This document shows, piece after piece, positions 39,601-49,012 of a stretch of DNA of 64,000 nucleotides. This DNA is from Planctomycetota bacterium (GTDB lineage: Bacteria; Planctomycetota; OFTM77), in contig JAVJTD010000267.1 in assembly GCA_040219065.1 (NCBI GenBank), forward strand, positions 33-64,032, in the 5' to 3' direction. The translations under genes were made by a program, and so were the position numbers. Position 1 is the stretch's first letter. Each line of letters opens with the position of its first letter. Under the pieces are notes generated by a model. That model saw nothing but the letters and a program-made list of their open reading frames with translations. It did not search any database and was not told the DNA's origin.

Positions 39601-41488
39601 CGAGGAGTCGCTTCGAGAGAGTGAGATGCGCTTCCGGGAGATGGCCGATGGGCTGCCCATCCTGGTCTGGGTCCATGACGAGACGGGTGATCAGCAGCTC
39701 GTGAATCACACCTTCTGCGAGTTCTTCGGCGTCGACCGGCAGGAGATGAAGGGCGGCCGTTGGCAGTACCTGCTCCATCCCGACGACGTCGAGGCCTACG
39801 CCGGAGAGTTCTTCCGCTGCGTGCGAGAGAAGCGCCCGTTCCACGCCGAAGCCCGAGTCAAGCACGCCTACGGTTCTTGGAAGTGGATCGAGTCCTGGGC
39901 CCGGCCCCGATTCACGCCCGCCGGCGGCTTCAAGGGCTTCGTCGGGGCGAGCGCCGACATCACCGACCGGCGTCGCATCGAGGACGAGCTACGCGATAGC
40001 GAAGAGCGATTCCGGACCCTGAGTGACAACATCCCGCAGCTCGCCTGGATGGCTCAAGGCGACGGTTGGATCTTCTGGTACAACCAGAGATGGTTCGAGT
40101 ACACCGGGACGACGCTCGAGCAAATGAAGGGTTGGGGCTGGCGCTCCGTCCATCATCCCGATCACGTCGATCGCGTGGTCGAGAAGGTCAGCCACCACTT
40201 CGCGACCGGCGAGGTCTGGGAAGACACGTTTCCGATTCGGGGTGCCGACGGGGAGTTCCGGTGGTTCCTCTCGCGCGCCATCCCCATTCGGGACGAGGAG
40301 GGCAAGGTCGTTCGCTGGTTCGGAACGAACACCGACGTGACCGAGCAGCTCGAGGCCGAACGGCGGCTGATGGACGCCGACCGTCAAAAGGACGAGTTCC
40401 TGGCGATGCTGGGTCACGAGCTGCGCAATCCGCTCGCCGCCATTCGCACCGCCTCCGAGCTCCTGCGACAGCGCTCGGGAACCGCCGCTTCCATCGCCGA
40501 GACCCAGGAGATCCTCGAGCGTCAAACCACCCATATGAGTAAACTGATCGACGGCTTGCTGGACGTCTCTCGCATCATCTGCGGCAAGATCAAGCTCGAC
40601 CTCGGGGCGACGGACCTCGGCGCCATCTGCCGCGAGGTCTCGTCCGAGGTACGGAGTCGTATCGCACAGCGCGACCTGGAGCTTCGGATCGAGATTGCCT
40701 CCGAGCCGGTCTGGGTCGAGGGCGACCGCGTGCGTCTCTGGCAGCTTGTCGACAACCTTCTCTCGAACGCCGTGAAGTACACGCCCGACGGAGGTGAGGT
40801 CTCGCTATCGCTCGAGCGCGGTCGCGGCGAAGCCGTCTTGCAGATCCGAGACACCGGCGTCGGGATCGAGCCCGAGCTCCTCCCCCACGTCTTCGAGCTC
40901 TTCCGGCAATCCGAGCAAAGCCTCGATCGCTCCGAGGGCGGCCTCGGTCTCGGCTTGGCCTTCGTCAAGACGATCGTCGAGCTGCACCACGGCACCGTGA
41001 CCGCCCACAGCGAAGGGAAGGGGCGTGGCGCCGAGCTCGTCGTGACGCTGCCGACGATCCAGCCTCCCGGCCAGGCGAAGAGACAGGACCTCGAGCGGAG
41101 TGATCGCAGCCGCCGCATCTTGCTGATCGAGGACAATCGGGACGCCGCCGTGATGCTCAAATTCCTCCTCGAGCTCGCGGGACATCAAGTCCACATCGCG
41201 GCCAACGGCCAAGACGGAGTGAATGCGGCCAGGGAGCTCCGGCCCGACATCGTCCTGTGTGACTTGGGTCTCCCGGACGGCATGAGCGGCTACGACGTCG
41301 CGACCGAGCTGCAAGGCGATCCGGCGACGTGCGACATCCATCTCGTCGCCCTGTCCGGCTACGGACGCCCCGAAGACAAGGCCCGCTGCGCGGAAGCCGG
41401 CTTCGACGACCACCTCACCAAGCCCGTCGACATCCAGGAGCTGGAGGACCTCCTCGCCGCGCTCCCCCCTCGCGATGGCAACCCATGA
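36668..41488 (+). CDS. CheB-CheR-PAS-histidine kinase-receiver fusion
   Basis: GASAGG/VQHL/GAGSDG (CheB), WVPGCATGEE/SCRNVLIY (CheR), EELQSTNEEL coil, several PAS domains, LGHELRNPL, GGLGLGL, LCDLGLP..HLTKP. Confidence 0.95.
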   Translation: MTRQTKAARLIVGVGASAGGLEAFKRLLSVLPSDQGMAFLLVQHLAPTHESHLAELLTPCTPMAVRDAQHGLEIAADSVYIIPPDTSLAVRQGMIELTKPTLHRGVRLPVDHLFHSLAREYGSRSVGIILSGAGSDGSSGIRDIKAAGGLTIAEDPEESGQPGMPQSAIDTGVIDLVVSISEIPQALQRFVSLPPGSLTEPLGEELQEERSEEHSTLEATELNRLAALLEAQLDFDLRVYKLGTIERRVLRRMTLSGFEKMEPYLDHVRQDPSEQQALVRDLLISVTELYRDPESISALREMVIDPLVQQAAPGSTVRAWVPGCATGEEAFTIGIELLDAIVTQNKRIGVQIFATDVDQDALAYGRAGLYPLTISERVSPQKLQTYFQLLDGRGYRVRPALRDLVSFAAHDLTKDPPFSRMHLVSCRNVLIYLTPEAQKLVLRSLHFALEPDGHLFLSTSESTGSQRDIFSTISKGHRIYRKLGASPPLLLAHSRTRLTGRGDSSGGSGSGTAAARRKPSEGDLARRAVLEALAPPTIVVSEDGSVLFSHGELGPYLQIPQGDSPRLELGAILRPDIATRTRGVLYKCRRLQSLVTAISRPDGEARSIRISARPAPGLGDSAVILTFEEMNDTHVEPAERSESPGREAVIEQIEKELQATREDLRNTVEELETSNEELRSSNEASMSMNEELQSTNEELEATTEELRSLNEELTTVNAQLREKVEQLEQAHDDLGNFLSSTQVATVFLDERLCIKRFTPAAEELLDLDHADTGRCVVDIARELLQNDLHSEAKAVLDEQSFRRRDLLTSTGRWIHRSVLPYRTESRRIQGVVVTFTDVTALRSANEELTAHSRRLELAWEVARGGIYEHRVPLDESTYHSEHWAQILGYTRDELPAYDKFLKWLMEQVHPSDRDELDRAYNDFVAGRTEQCSVETRLRHRSGHWMWVRGVSKALERNPDNTVCHVLGMMIDITDIKQVEESLRESEMRFREMADGLPILVWVHDETGDQQLVNHTFCEFFGVDRQEMKGGRWQYLLHPDDVEAYAGEFFRCVREKRPFHAEARVKHAYGSWKWIESWARPRFTPAGGFKGFVGASADITDRRRIEDELRDSEERFRTLSDNIPQLAWMAQGDGWIFWYNQRWFEYTGTTLEQMKGWGWRSVHHPDHVDRVVEKVSHHFATGEVWEDTFPIRGADGEFRWFLSRAIPIRDEEGKVVRWFGTNTDVTEQLEAERRLMDADRQKDEFLAMLGHELRNPLAAIRTASELLRQRSGTAASIAETQEILERQTTHMSKLIDGLLDVSRIICGKIKLDLGATDLGAICREVSSEVRSRIAQRDLELRIEIASEPVWVEGDRVRLWQLVDNLLSNAVKYTPDGGEVSLSLERGRGEAVLQIRDTGVGIEPELLPHVFELFRQSEQSLDRSEGGLGLGLAFVKTIVELHHGTVTAHSEGKGRGAELVVTLPTIQPPGQAKRQDLERSDRSRRILLIEDNRDAAVMLKFLLELAGHQVHIAANGQDGVNAARELRPDIVLCDLGLPDGMSGYDVATELQGDPATCDIHLVALSGYGRPEDKARCAEAGFDDHLTKPVDIQELEDLLAALPPRDGNP

Positions 41489-41796
41489 AAGCTGCGGCGA
41501 CCGCGTTCTCGCTCCGACACGCGGCCTCGCATCGTCAGCCGCTCGAGAGTCGGCTCATGCGAAGCACACCGCCATCCACTTCAGCGCGCCCATTGCCATG
41601 GCGACTCGGACCAGCTCCCGAGGGCCGCCGGAACCAGGGCGCCCCCTGGATGGCCCGGTCTGGCGGGAATTGGAAGTTGAGGGGATCTCGCTGGATGCCA
41701 TACTGCTGAGGTTGGGAATCCGATCGCGGGCGGCCAAGGAGCGTCTACTCTCGACCACTCGAACCGGGCGGTCACAGATCGCCTGGGGAAATGTTC

Positions 41797-44700
41797 ATGG
41801 GGACGTCAAAGAACAGCAAGGGCAAGGACAGCGGCGGCGATAAAGAGGCCCGAACGGGGCCGCCGGCCCGTCCGCCCTTCGCTGAAACGGGCGACAGCTC
41901 GGCAGAGACCGACTCCCCCCCTGTGGTGGGGATCGGCGCTTCGGCAGGTGGGCTCGAGGCCCTCAGGCTGATGTTCTCTCACGTGTCCGCGGACTCGGGC
42001 ATTGCTTTCGTCGTGATCCAGCACCTGGATCCCGAGCAGCCAAGCATGCTCACGAGCGTCCTCGAGGGGATCACCAGGCTGCCGGTCGTCGAGACGAAGA
42101 ACGGCATGCCGGTCAAGCGGAACCGAGTCCACGTGATCCCCTCGGGCTCAGACATTTCCATCGAAGGCGGGACTCTCAGGCTCGTCCCGCGGCGGCTGAC
42201 CGGTCGGCTCCACCTCCCGATCGACTCGTTCTTCCGATCCCTCGCCTTGGAGCGGCGCAATCGCGCCGTTGGTGTCATCTTGTCCGGCTCTGGCGCGGAC
42301 GGGACCGAAGGACTCCGGGCGATCAAGGCCGAGGGCGGCATTGCGATCGCACAGGAGCCGGACTCGACTCGATTTCGTGAGATGCCCGAGAGCGCCATCG
42401 CCGCGGGAGTGGTCGACTTTCGTGGTACGCCGCAAGAGATCGCCGGTGAACTCGAACGGCTCTGCCGTCATCCCTACCTCTCCTTCTCGAGCCGCATCGA
42501 GGGCGAGCTCCAAGAGCCGCCGCCCAGCCAAGAGGAGAGCCTGTCTGCGGTGTTCGCCCTCGTGCGGCAGCAGGCGGGCATCGATTTTTCTGGCTACAAG
42601 CGGACGACGGTGCTCCGGCGCATCGAGAGGCGCATGGCGCTGCGCCAGGTGGGTGGACTGGATGAGTACGTCGCTCTGCTCACCGACTCCCCGGAGGAGG
42701 CCCGATCCGTAGCGCAGGACATGCTCATCCACGTCACGTCCTTCTTCCGCGATCCCGAGGCGTTCACGGCGCTCGAGGAGAAGGTCTTTGCCGAGCTCGG
42801 GCGAGGGAAGGATGACCGTGATTCGATCCGCATCTGGATTCCGGGATGCGCAACGGGCGAGGAGGCCTACGCCGTCGCCATCAGCCTTCTTGAGTCCTTG
42901 GGTACGCGGGCCGAGACTTTGGCCATCAAGATCTTCGGAACCGATCTGAGTGAGGAGGCGATCGAGACCGCCCGTGTCGGCCGCTATCCAGAGAGCGCGG
43001 TAGTCGGTATTGCCCCCGAACGGCTGTCTCGCCACTTCGAGCGCATGGAGGGCGGCTACCAGATCGCCAAGCACGTCCGCGACCTGTGCGTGTTCGTGAG
43101 GCACGACCTCAGCCGTGACCCGCCTTTCGCGAAGCTCGATCTCATCAGTTGCCGAAACTTGCTCATCTACTTCGATGTCGAGCTCCAGCGTCGAGTCATT
43201 CCGCTCATGCATCACTGTCTCAACAGGAAGGGGCACCTCTTCCTGGGTCAGAGCGAGACGATCGCGGGCTATTCGGACATCTTCGCGCCTTTGGACAAGG
43301 AACATCGGATCTTCGTGAAGACGGGGGAAAGCCGCCAGCTCGTTTACCCCGCTCCCGCCGATCGCGAGGTCGAGGGAAAGCTGTCTGAGGGCAAGCTCAC
43401 GGTGCGGCGTCATCCCGCGCGCGAGGCGCAGAGGCAGGCCGATCATCTCTTGCTCGCGCATTACGCACCGCCCGGCGTGCTCGTAAATGAACGAATGGAG
43501 ATCGTCCAGTTCCGAGGGCGAACCGGAGCCTTCCTCGAGCCACCGCCCGGCCAGCCGCAAACGAACCTGCTGAGGATGGTGCGCGAGGACCTGGTGGTTC
43601 ATGTCCGAGACGCGATCGAGAGCGCGAAGGCACGGTCCGGATCGGTCAGGATTGAGGGGCTGCGAATCCAGGTGGGTTCTGAGAATCGGGTCATCGATCT
43701 GAATGTGACCCCGCTTGCACTCACGCCCGACCTGACGGATCGCTACTTCCTCGTATTGTTCGAAGAGTCCGCGATGCGCCCTGGCCAGGGCGAGAGCCAG
43801 ACTGTGACGACGGTGAAGCGCGAAGCACCTTCGGAGTCCATCGCCGAAATCCATCGCCTCAAGACCGAGCTCGTCGCGACCAAGAACTATCTCCAGTCGC
43901 TCATCTCCGAGCACCAGGCCGCCACTGAGGATCTCGCCGCCACCAACGAGGAGATGGTGGCAACCAATGAAGAGCTGCAGAGCACGAACGAGGAATTGCA
44001 GAGCATCAAAGAGGAGCTACAGTCCACCAACGAGGAGCTCTCGACGGTCAACGATCAGCTTCAGACTCGGAACCAGGAGCTCGATCAGATCGCTAGCGAT
44101 CTCGAGAACGTCCTGTCCAGCGTCGAGATCCCCGTCATCATCGTCGACCTCGAGCTCCGGGTCCGCCGCTTCACTCCGAGCGTCAGCGACATCGCTAGCT
44201 TCATTCCCGAAGACGTGCGACGGCCCATCGATGACCTCAAGATGAAGCTCCAGGTCGACGATCTCCCGAGTCGAATCCGAGAGGTGATCGACGGCTTGTC
44301 CCCCAAGGAATGGGAGGTTCAACGGCGAGACGGGCACTGGTTCCAAATGCACATCCGCCCCTACCGTAGGAGCGATCAGCGGCTCGACGGAGCCGTCCTC
44401 GCGTTCCTCGATGTAGACATCCTCAAACACGCCCGCGAGGAGGCCGAGAGCACCCGCGACTACGCCCGGAACATCGTCGATACGGTGACGGCCGCCCTGG
44501 TCGTGCTCGACTCGAGCCTGCGCATCCTGTCGGCCAATGCCTCATTTCTGAGGAGCTTCTCAATATCCACAGAGCGGATCGAGGGCAAGTCTCTCTTCGC
44601 TCTCGGCGCGGAGCCGTGGCAATTGCCTGCCATACGGAAGACGCTCGAGGCATCGGTGACGACGCACGCGCCATTCAGCGCTCTGGAAGTGAAAACCGAG

Positions 44701-46440
44701 CTGCCCCACCTCGGCCGCAGGGTGCTTTCCCTGACGGGCCGTCCAATCATCTCGCACGGCGTCGCGTCGATGATGCTGCTGACCGTCGATGACATTACCG
44801 AGCTGCGTGCCCTCGAGACTGAGCGGGAGCTCCTCCTCGCTTCGGAGAAGGAGGCGAGGCTCGAAGCCGAGCGCGCGAACCAAGCCAAGGACCTGTTCCT
44901 CGCCATCCTCTCGCACGAGCTGCGTACACCGCTCAGCACGATGCTGATGTCTGCCGAGCTGCTCAAGCAGATTCCGACGGAGGACCTTAGAATCGAACGG
45001 GCCAGCGCCTCGATCGAGCGCGCCGCGAAAGCTCAGTCTAGACTCATCGATGATCTCTTGGACGTCTCGCGCATCGTTTCGGGTAAGCTCATGCTCGATC
45101 TGGCGCCGGTCGACTTGGAGGCCGTCGTTCAGGGCGCCATCGACATCGTACAGCCCACGGCTCAGGCCAAATCGCTGGATCTCGATCTCGTGGTCGACGG
45201 CGAGATCGGTACCGTTTGCGGTGATTCGCTGCGGCTGCAGCAGGTGGTCAACAACCTGCTCTCCAATGCGATCAAATTCACATCGCACGGCGGACGCGTC
45301 TCGGTGCGTATCCGGCGAGATCGGGATCAAGCACAGCTCACGGTCACCGATACCGGCATGGGGATCCGACCCGAAGTGCTTTCCCAGCTCTTCAACAGGT
45401 TCGTCCAGGCCGACTCGTCAGTGACGCGAACCCATGGCGGCCTCGGCCTGGGCCTCTCGATCATTCGACATATCGTGGAGGCTCACGGTGGCCAGGTGCA
45501 CGCTGAAAGTCCAGGCGAGGGGCATGGCGCCACCTTTCGCGTGACGTTGCCTCTTGGAGCCGTCGACGATTCGAGAGGCGTCTCCCGACTGCGCGTCGGC
45601 GAGCGAAAGATCGTAGGCGTGCGTGTCCTGTTGGTCGAGGACGACGACGATACCCGGGAAAGCTACGCGGCGATGCTCACGGAGCTCGGGGCTCAGGTGC
45701 GGGCTGCCTCGTCCGCCGCGGATGGTTATCGGGCCCTCGAGGAGTTTCACCCCCAAGTCCTCCTCTCCGACATCGCCATGCCCGGCGAGGACGGTCTCAG
45801 CTTCATGCGGCGAGTAAGGTGCCTCCCCCCCGAGAGAGGCGGGCGGGTGCCGGCCGTCGTCCTCACGGCCCTGGGCAGCGACGACGATCGGCAACGGGCT
45901 TTCCAGGCAGGCTTCCAGATGCACGTGCGAAAGCCAGTAGATGCGGCTCACCTCCAATCGATCGTCGCGACGCTGGCCGATGAGCGGCTTTGCGAAGAAT
46001 GGCGCGAAGCCGCGACCGCTGAAGTAGGCCGGAGTGACCAGTTGCTCCGAGAACCGGCCAAGCCGCCCCGAACTCGCTCTCTCCGAATCATGGTGGTGGA
46101 GCACGACGACCCCTTCAACCCAAAGCTGTCCGAGCTCCTCGAGCGTCGGGGGTATGACACCCGAAGTGTCCCCGACGGAAGGGCGGCCCTCGAGACGAAC
46201 CGGTCCTTTCAGCCCGACGTCGCACTCCTCGAGCTCGGTCTGCCCGATCAGGATAGCTACGAGCTCGCGCAGCGACTGCGGGAGAAGTCGAAGAACCGGC
46301 GCTTACTGCTGGTCGCTCTCACCGATAAAGGTGCAGATCGCACGAGACTCGAGCAGGCAGGCTTCGATCGGCACCTGCTTGAGCCCGCCGATGTCGATGC
46401 CCTCGACGGGCTGCTGGAAGAATGGGATTCGGCCCGGTGA
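41797..46440 (+). CDS. second CheB-CheR-PAS-histidine kinase with two receiver domains
   Basis: GIGASAGG, VTSFFRDP, PGCATGEE, LSHELRTPL, GGLGLGL, LSDIAMP; degenerate second REC (LLELGLP, LLEP). Confidence 0.95.
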   Translation: MGTSKNSKGKDSGGDKEARTGPPARPPFAETGDSSAETDSPPVVGIGASAGGLEALRLMFSHVSADSGIAFVVIQHLDPEQPSMLTSVLEGITRLPVVETKNGMPVKRNRVHVIPSGSDISIEGGTLRLVPRRLTGRLHLPIDSFFRSLALERRNRAVGVILSGSGADGTEGLRAIKAEGGIAIAQEPDSTRFREMPESAIAAGVVDFRGTPQEIAGELERLCRHPYLSFSSRIEGELQEPPPSQEESLSAVFALVRQQAGIDFSGYKRTTVLRRIERRMALRQVGGLDEYVALLTDSPEEARSVAQDMLIHVTSFFRDPEAFTALEEKVFAELGRGKDDRDSIRIWIPGCATGEEAYAVAISLLESLGTRAETLAIKIFGTDLSEEAIETARVGRYPESAVVGIAPERLSRHFERMEGGYQIAKHVRDLCVFVRHDLSRDPPFAKLDLISCRNLLIYFDVELQRRVIPLMHHCLNRKGHLFLGQSETIAGYSDIFAPLDKEHRIFVKTGESRQLVYPAPADREVEGKLSEGKLTVRRHPAREAQRQADHLLLAHYAPPGVLVNERMEIVQFRGRTGAFLEPPPGQPQTNLLRMVREDLVVHVRDAIESAKARSGSVRIEGLRIQVGSENRVIDLNVTPLALTPDLTDRYFLVLFEESAMRPGQGESQTVTTVKREAPSESIAEIHRLKTELVATKNYLQSLISEHQAATEDLAATNEEMVATNEELQSTNEELQSIKEELQSTNEELSTVNDQLQTRNQELDQIASDLENVLSSVEIPVIIVDLELRVRRFTPSVSDIASFIPEDVRRPIDDLKMKLQVDDLPSRIREVIDGLSPKEWEVQRRDGHWFQMHIRPYRRSDQRLDGAVLAFLDVDILKHAREEAESTRDYARNIVDTVTAALVVLDSSLRILSANASFLRSFSISTERIEGKSLFALGAEPWQLPAIRKTLEASVTTHAPFSALEVKTELPHLGRRVLSLTGRPIISHGVASMMLLTVDDITELRALETERELLLASEKEARLEAERANQAKDLFLAILSHELRTPLSTMLMSAELLKQIPTEDLRIERASASIERAAKAQSRLIDDLLDVSRIVSGKLMLDLAPVDLEAVVQGAIDIVQPTAQAKSLDLDLVVDGEIGTVCGDSLRLQQVVNNLLSNAIKFTSHGGRVSVRIRRDRDQAQLTVTDTGMGIRPEVLSQLFNRFVQADSSVTRTHGGLGLGLSIIRHIVEAHGGQVHAESPGEGHGATFRVTLPLGAVDDSRGVSRLRVGERKIVGVRVLLVEDDDDTRESYAAMLTELGAQVRAASSAADGYRALEEFHPQVLLSDIAMPGEDGLSFMRRVRCLPPERGGRVPAVVLTALGSDDDRQRAFQAGFQMHVRKPVDAAHLQSIVATLADERLCEEWREAATAEVGRSDQLLREPAKPPRTRSLRIMVVEHDDPFNPKLSELLERRGYDTRSVPDGRAALETNRSFQPDVALLELGLPDQDSYELAQRLREKSKNRRLLLVALTDKGADRTRLEQAGFDRHLLEPADVDALDGLLEEWDSAR

Positions 46441-46450
46441 GCCCGACCTG

Positions 46451-46695
46451 ATGGAACCACGGAGTCACGAGCTTCCAGCGAAGCTTGCCGATCGTTTCAC
46501 GAAGCCTTTCTCACGCTTCCTCAAGGTCGAAGCCGCAAACGGGTTACTGCTTGCCGTGGGGCGACGGCCGCGTCGCTGATCGTATCGAACTCACCTTGGT
46601 CGCGGCCGTTCTCAAGCTTTTGGGAAACGCCGTTGGGACTGTCGTGGGGTGTCCTCGATTTCACTCGCCCGCTGCGGCATTGGATCAACGACGCG
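46451..46695 (+). pseudogene. nhaA: Na+/H+ antiporter NhaA N-terminal fragment
   Basis: [16 protein letters not shown] | SLIVSNSPW...FWETP...LRHWINDA; frameshifted and truncated. Confidence 0.8.
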
Positions 46696-47723
46696 GGCGC
46701 GTGATGGAGATGCTCAGCGAGCACCAGTGTCAGGGTTGGCTCGAAGGCTACCTGCTGACCGGTCGCCATGGCTTCTTCTCGTGCTACGAGGAGTTCGTCC
46801 ACATCGTCGACTCGATGTTCAATCAGCACGCCAAGTGGTCGAAGGTGACGCGAAACATCCCCTGGCGCCGACCGATCGCATCGCTCAACTACCTCCTCAC
46901 GTCTCACGTCTGGCGCCATGACCACAACGGCTTCAGCCATCAGGATCCTGGCTTCATCGATCATGTCGTCAACAAGAAGGCCGAGGTCATTCGCGTCTAC
47001 TTGCCCCCCGACACCAGCACGCTGCTGTCGGTCACCGATCACTGCTTGCGGAGCCGGAACTACGTCAACGTCATCGTCGCCGGGAAGCAGCCGATGCCTC
47101 AATGGCTGACGATGGACGAGGCCGTCGATCATTGCCGCGCCGGCCTGGGGATCTGGGACTGGGCCAGCCAGGGCACCGATGACGAGCCCGACGTCGTGTT
47201 GGCTTGCTGTGGCGACATTCCGACGCTCGAGACCCTCGCCGCCGCGGATCTGCTCCGTCACCTCGCTCCCGAGCTCCGGGTACGCGTCGTCAACGTCGTC
47301 GACCTCATGCGTCTGCAGCCGAAGAGCGAGCACCCGCATGGCCTCGAGGACGCCGAGTTCGATGCGATCTTCACGACCGACAAGCCGATCCTCTTCTCGT
47401 TCCACGGTTGCCCGTGGCTGATCCACGGCCTCACGTATCGCCGTACGAACCATGGACAGCACCACGTGCGTGGCTACAAAGAGGAAGGCACCACGACGAC
47501 CCCTTTCGACATGCGGATGCTGAACGACTTGGATCGCTTCCAGTTGGTCACCGATGTGGTCCGATGGACACCCGGCTTGAAGCCGAAGGCCGACGCGAAT
47601 CGACGCGCGATGCAAGAGAAGCGCGCAGAGCATCGCGCTTACATTCGACGCGTGGGAGACGATCTGCCAGAGGTGAGGGACTGGACGTGGGGCTTCTACG
47701 CGGAGCGGGGAGCCTTCTCATGA
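46696..47723 (+). pseudogene. xfp: phosphoketolase C-terminal fragment
   Basis: [52 protein letters not shown]; N-terminal TPP-binding half absent. Confidence 0.9.
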
Positions 47724-47771
47724 GATGCTCTGCGACGCCCGCTCCGGATCCGAGAGCGGCCGGGGCAATCC

Positions 47772-48527
47772 TCAGCGCTGCGCGATGAAGAGCTCGTAGC
47801 CGTAGGTACTCGAGTGCTTCTCGTGCATCTCGGGCTCGCGGGCGATCTCGTCGAGGGCGGCCTGCGCTTCGGGGTCACCCGCGTACTTTCGGCGTAGCGC
47901 CTCGATCTGCCCGCGCATCGGGGTGTAGAAGTCGTCCCACCACGCGGAGTCGGGAAGCGTGAAGTGACTGACGAGGCGCAGACCACAGCGCTCGATGAGA
48001 CGGATCGCATCCGTGGCGTTGCCCATCCCGGGATAGTCCGCGAACATCGCTCGCACCTCGGCCGCTGGATCGTCATCTCGCCAGACGGGCTCGGTGAATA
48101 CGAGGAAGCCTCCCGGGCGAAGCAGGTCGTGGCACACCTTCAGCGCCGGCTCCAGCCCGACGTTGTAGAGAGCGCCTTCGGACCAGATCAGATCGAAGCT
48201 GCTGCTCTCGAGATCGGCCCGTGCGATGTCTCCGACTCGAGGATGAACGCGCTCACTCAGTCCTCGCCCGGCGACGGCGGCTCGAAGCCGCTCGATGCTC
48301 GGAGCGTGGCTGTCGATGGCGACGATCGTGCCACCGGTCAGCTCGGCGAGGACGAGCGTCTGCCCGCCCGTCCCGCAACCGAGGTCGAGCACGGCCGGGT
48401 CGAGTGGCAAACCTGAGCACGAGGCGAGCGCCCGCTCCGCACAGGCCCGGCTGCCCGGGCCCTGCCGAGGCAGCGCCTCGAAGACCTCGAAGAAGATCTG
48501 CTCCAGGCGAGGAGACAGCTCGTTCAT
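47772..48527 (-). CDS. class I SAM-dependent methyltransferase
   Basis: LPRQGPGS, VLDLGCGTG, FDLIWSEGA, LRPGG. Confidence 0.92.
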   Translation of the reverse strand: MNELSPRLEQIFFEVFEALPRQGPGSRACAERALASCSGLPLDPAVLDLGCGTGGQTLVLAELTGGTIVAIDSHAPSIERLRAAVAGRGLSERVHPRVGDIARADLESSSFDLIWSEGALYNVGLEPALKVCHDLLRPGGFLVFTEPVWRDDDPAAEVRAMFADYPGMGNATDAIRLIERCGLRLVSHFTLPDSAWWDDFYTPMRGQIEALRRKYAGDPEAQAALDEIAREPEMHEKHSSTYGYELFIAQR

Positions 48528-49012
48528 TCCAAATCTCCGTAACCGAGCCCCGAGCGAGCTTGGCCGGGCCTCATGGAATGACCGTGCGACGCTCGTCGAC
48601 TGGCAGACGGTCTCCTCGGGCTGACTGGCACAAGAGTCGGAGTATACCGAGACCGGTGTCGGCGCTCCAAGCGCGTCGCGATGAACGCTGTGTGGCTCAA
48701 ATCAGGCGCGCCTCCGCGGCGCCCGGAGCATGCAGGAATGAAACGATCGGAGCCCCACTCGCGACCTTGTTGCCAACCCATACCACAGAGCCCCCGCCAA
48801 GGCACGGAAATCATGCGATCCCGCGGGGTTGGGTGCGGCGAGCGTGAACAGGTGGAGGCCATCCGCGGGACGACCCGACACGGGGCCGTGTCCGGGGCGT
48901 GGTGGGCCTGAAGAGCCGGCCGTTGGGGTCTGGGGCCGGATGGCGGGTGGTGGCCGGCGTGGGGCGAACACGGGCCGACAGGCAGGAGCGCCGCATTGGC
49001 CGACGCCCCGGG

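Noticed and set aside
46485-47723. intact phosphoketolase
   Set aside because: Only the C-terminal part is present; the upstream sequence is an nhaA fragment in other frames
48530-49010. island end or ncRNA downstream of the DAC gene
   Set aside because: G-rich with small hairpins, but no repeat partner, tRNA fragment or known motif to support a call
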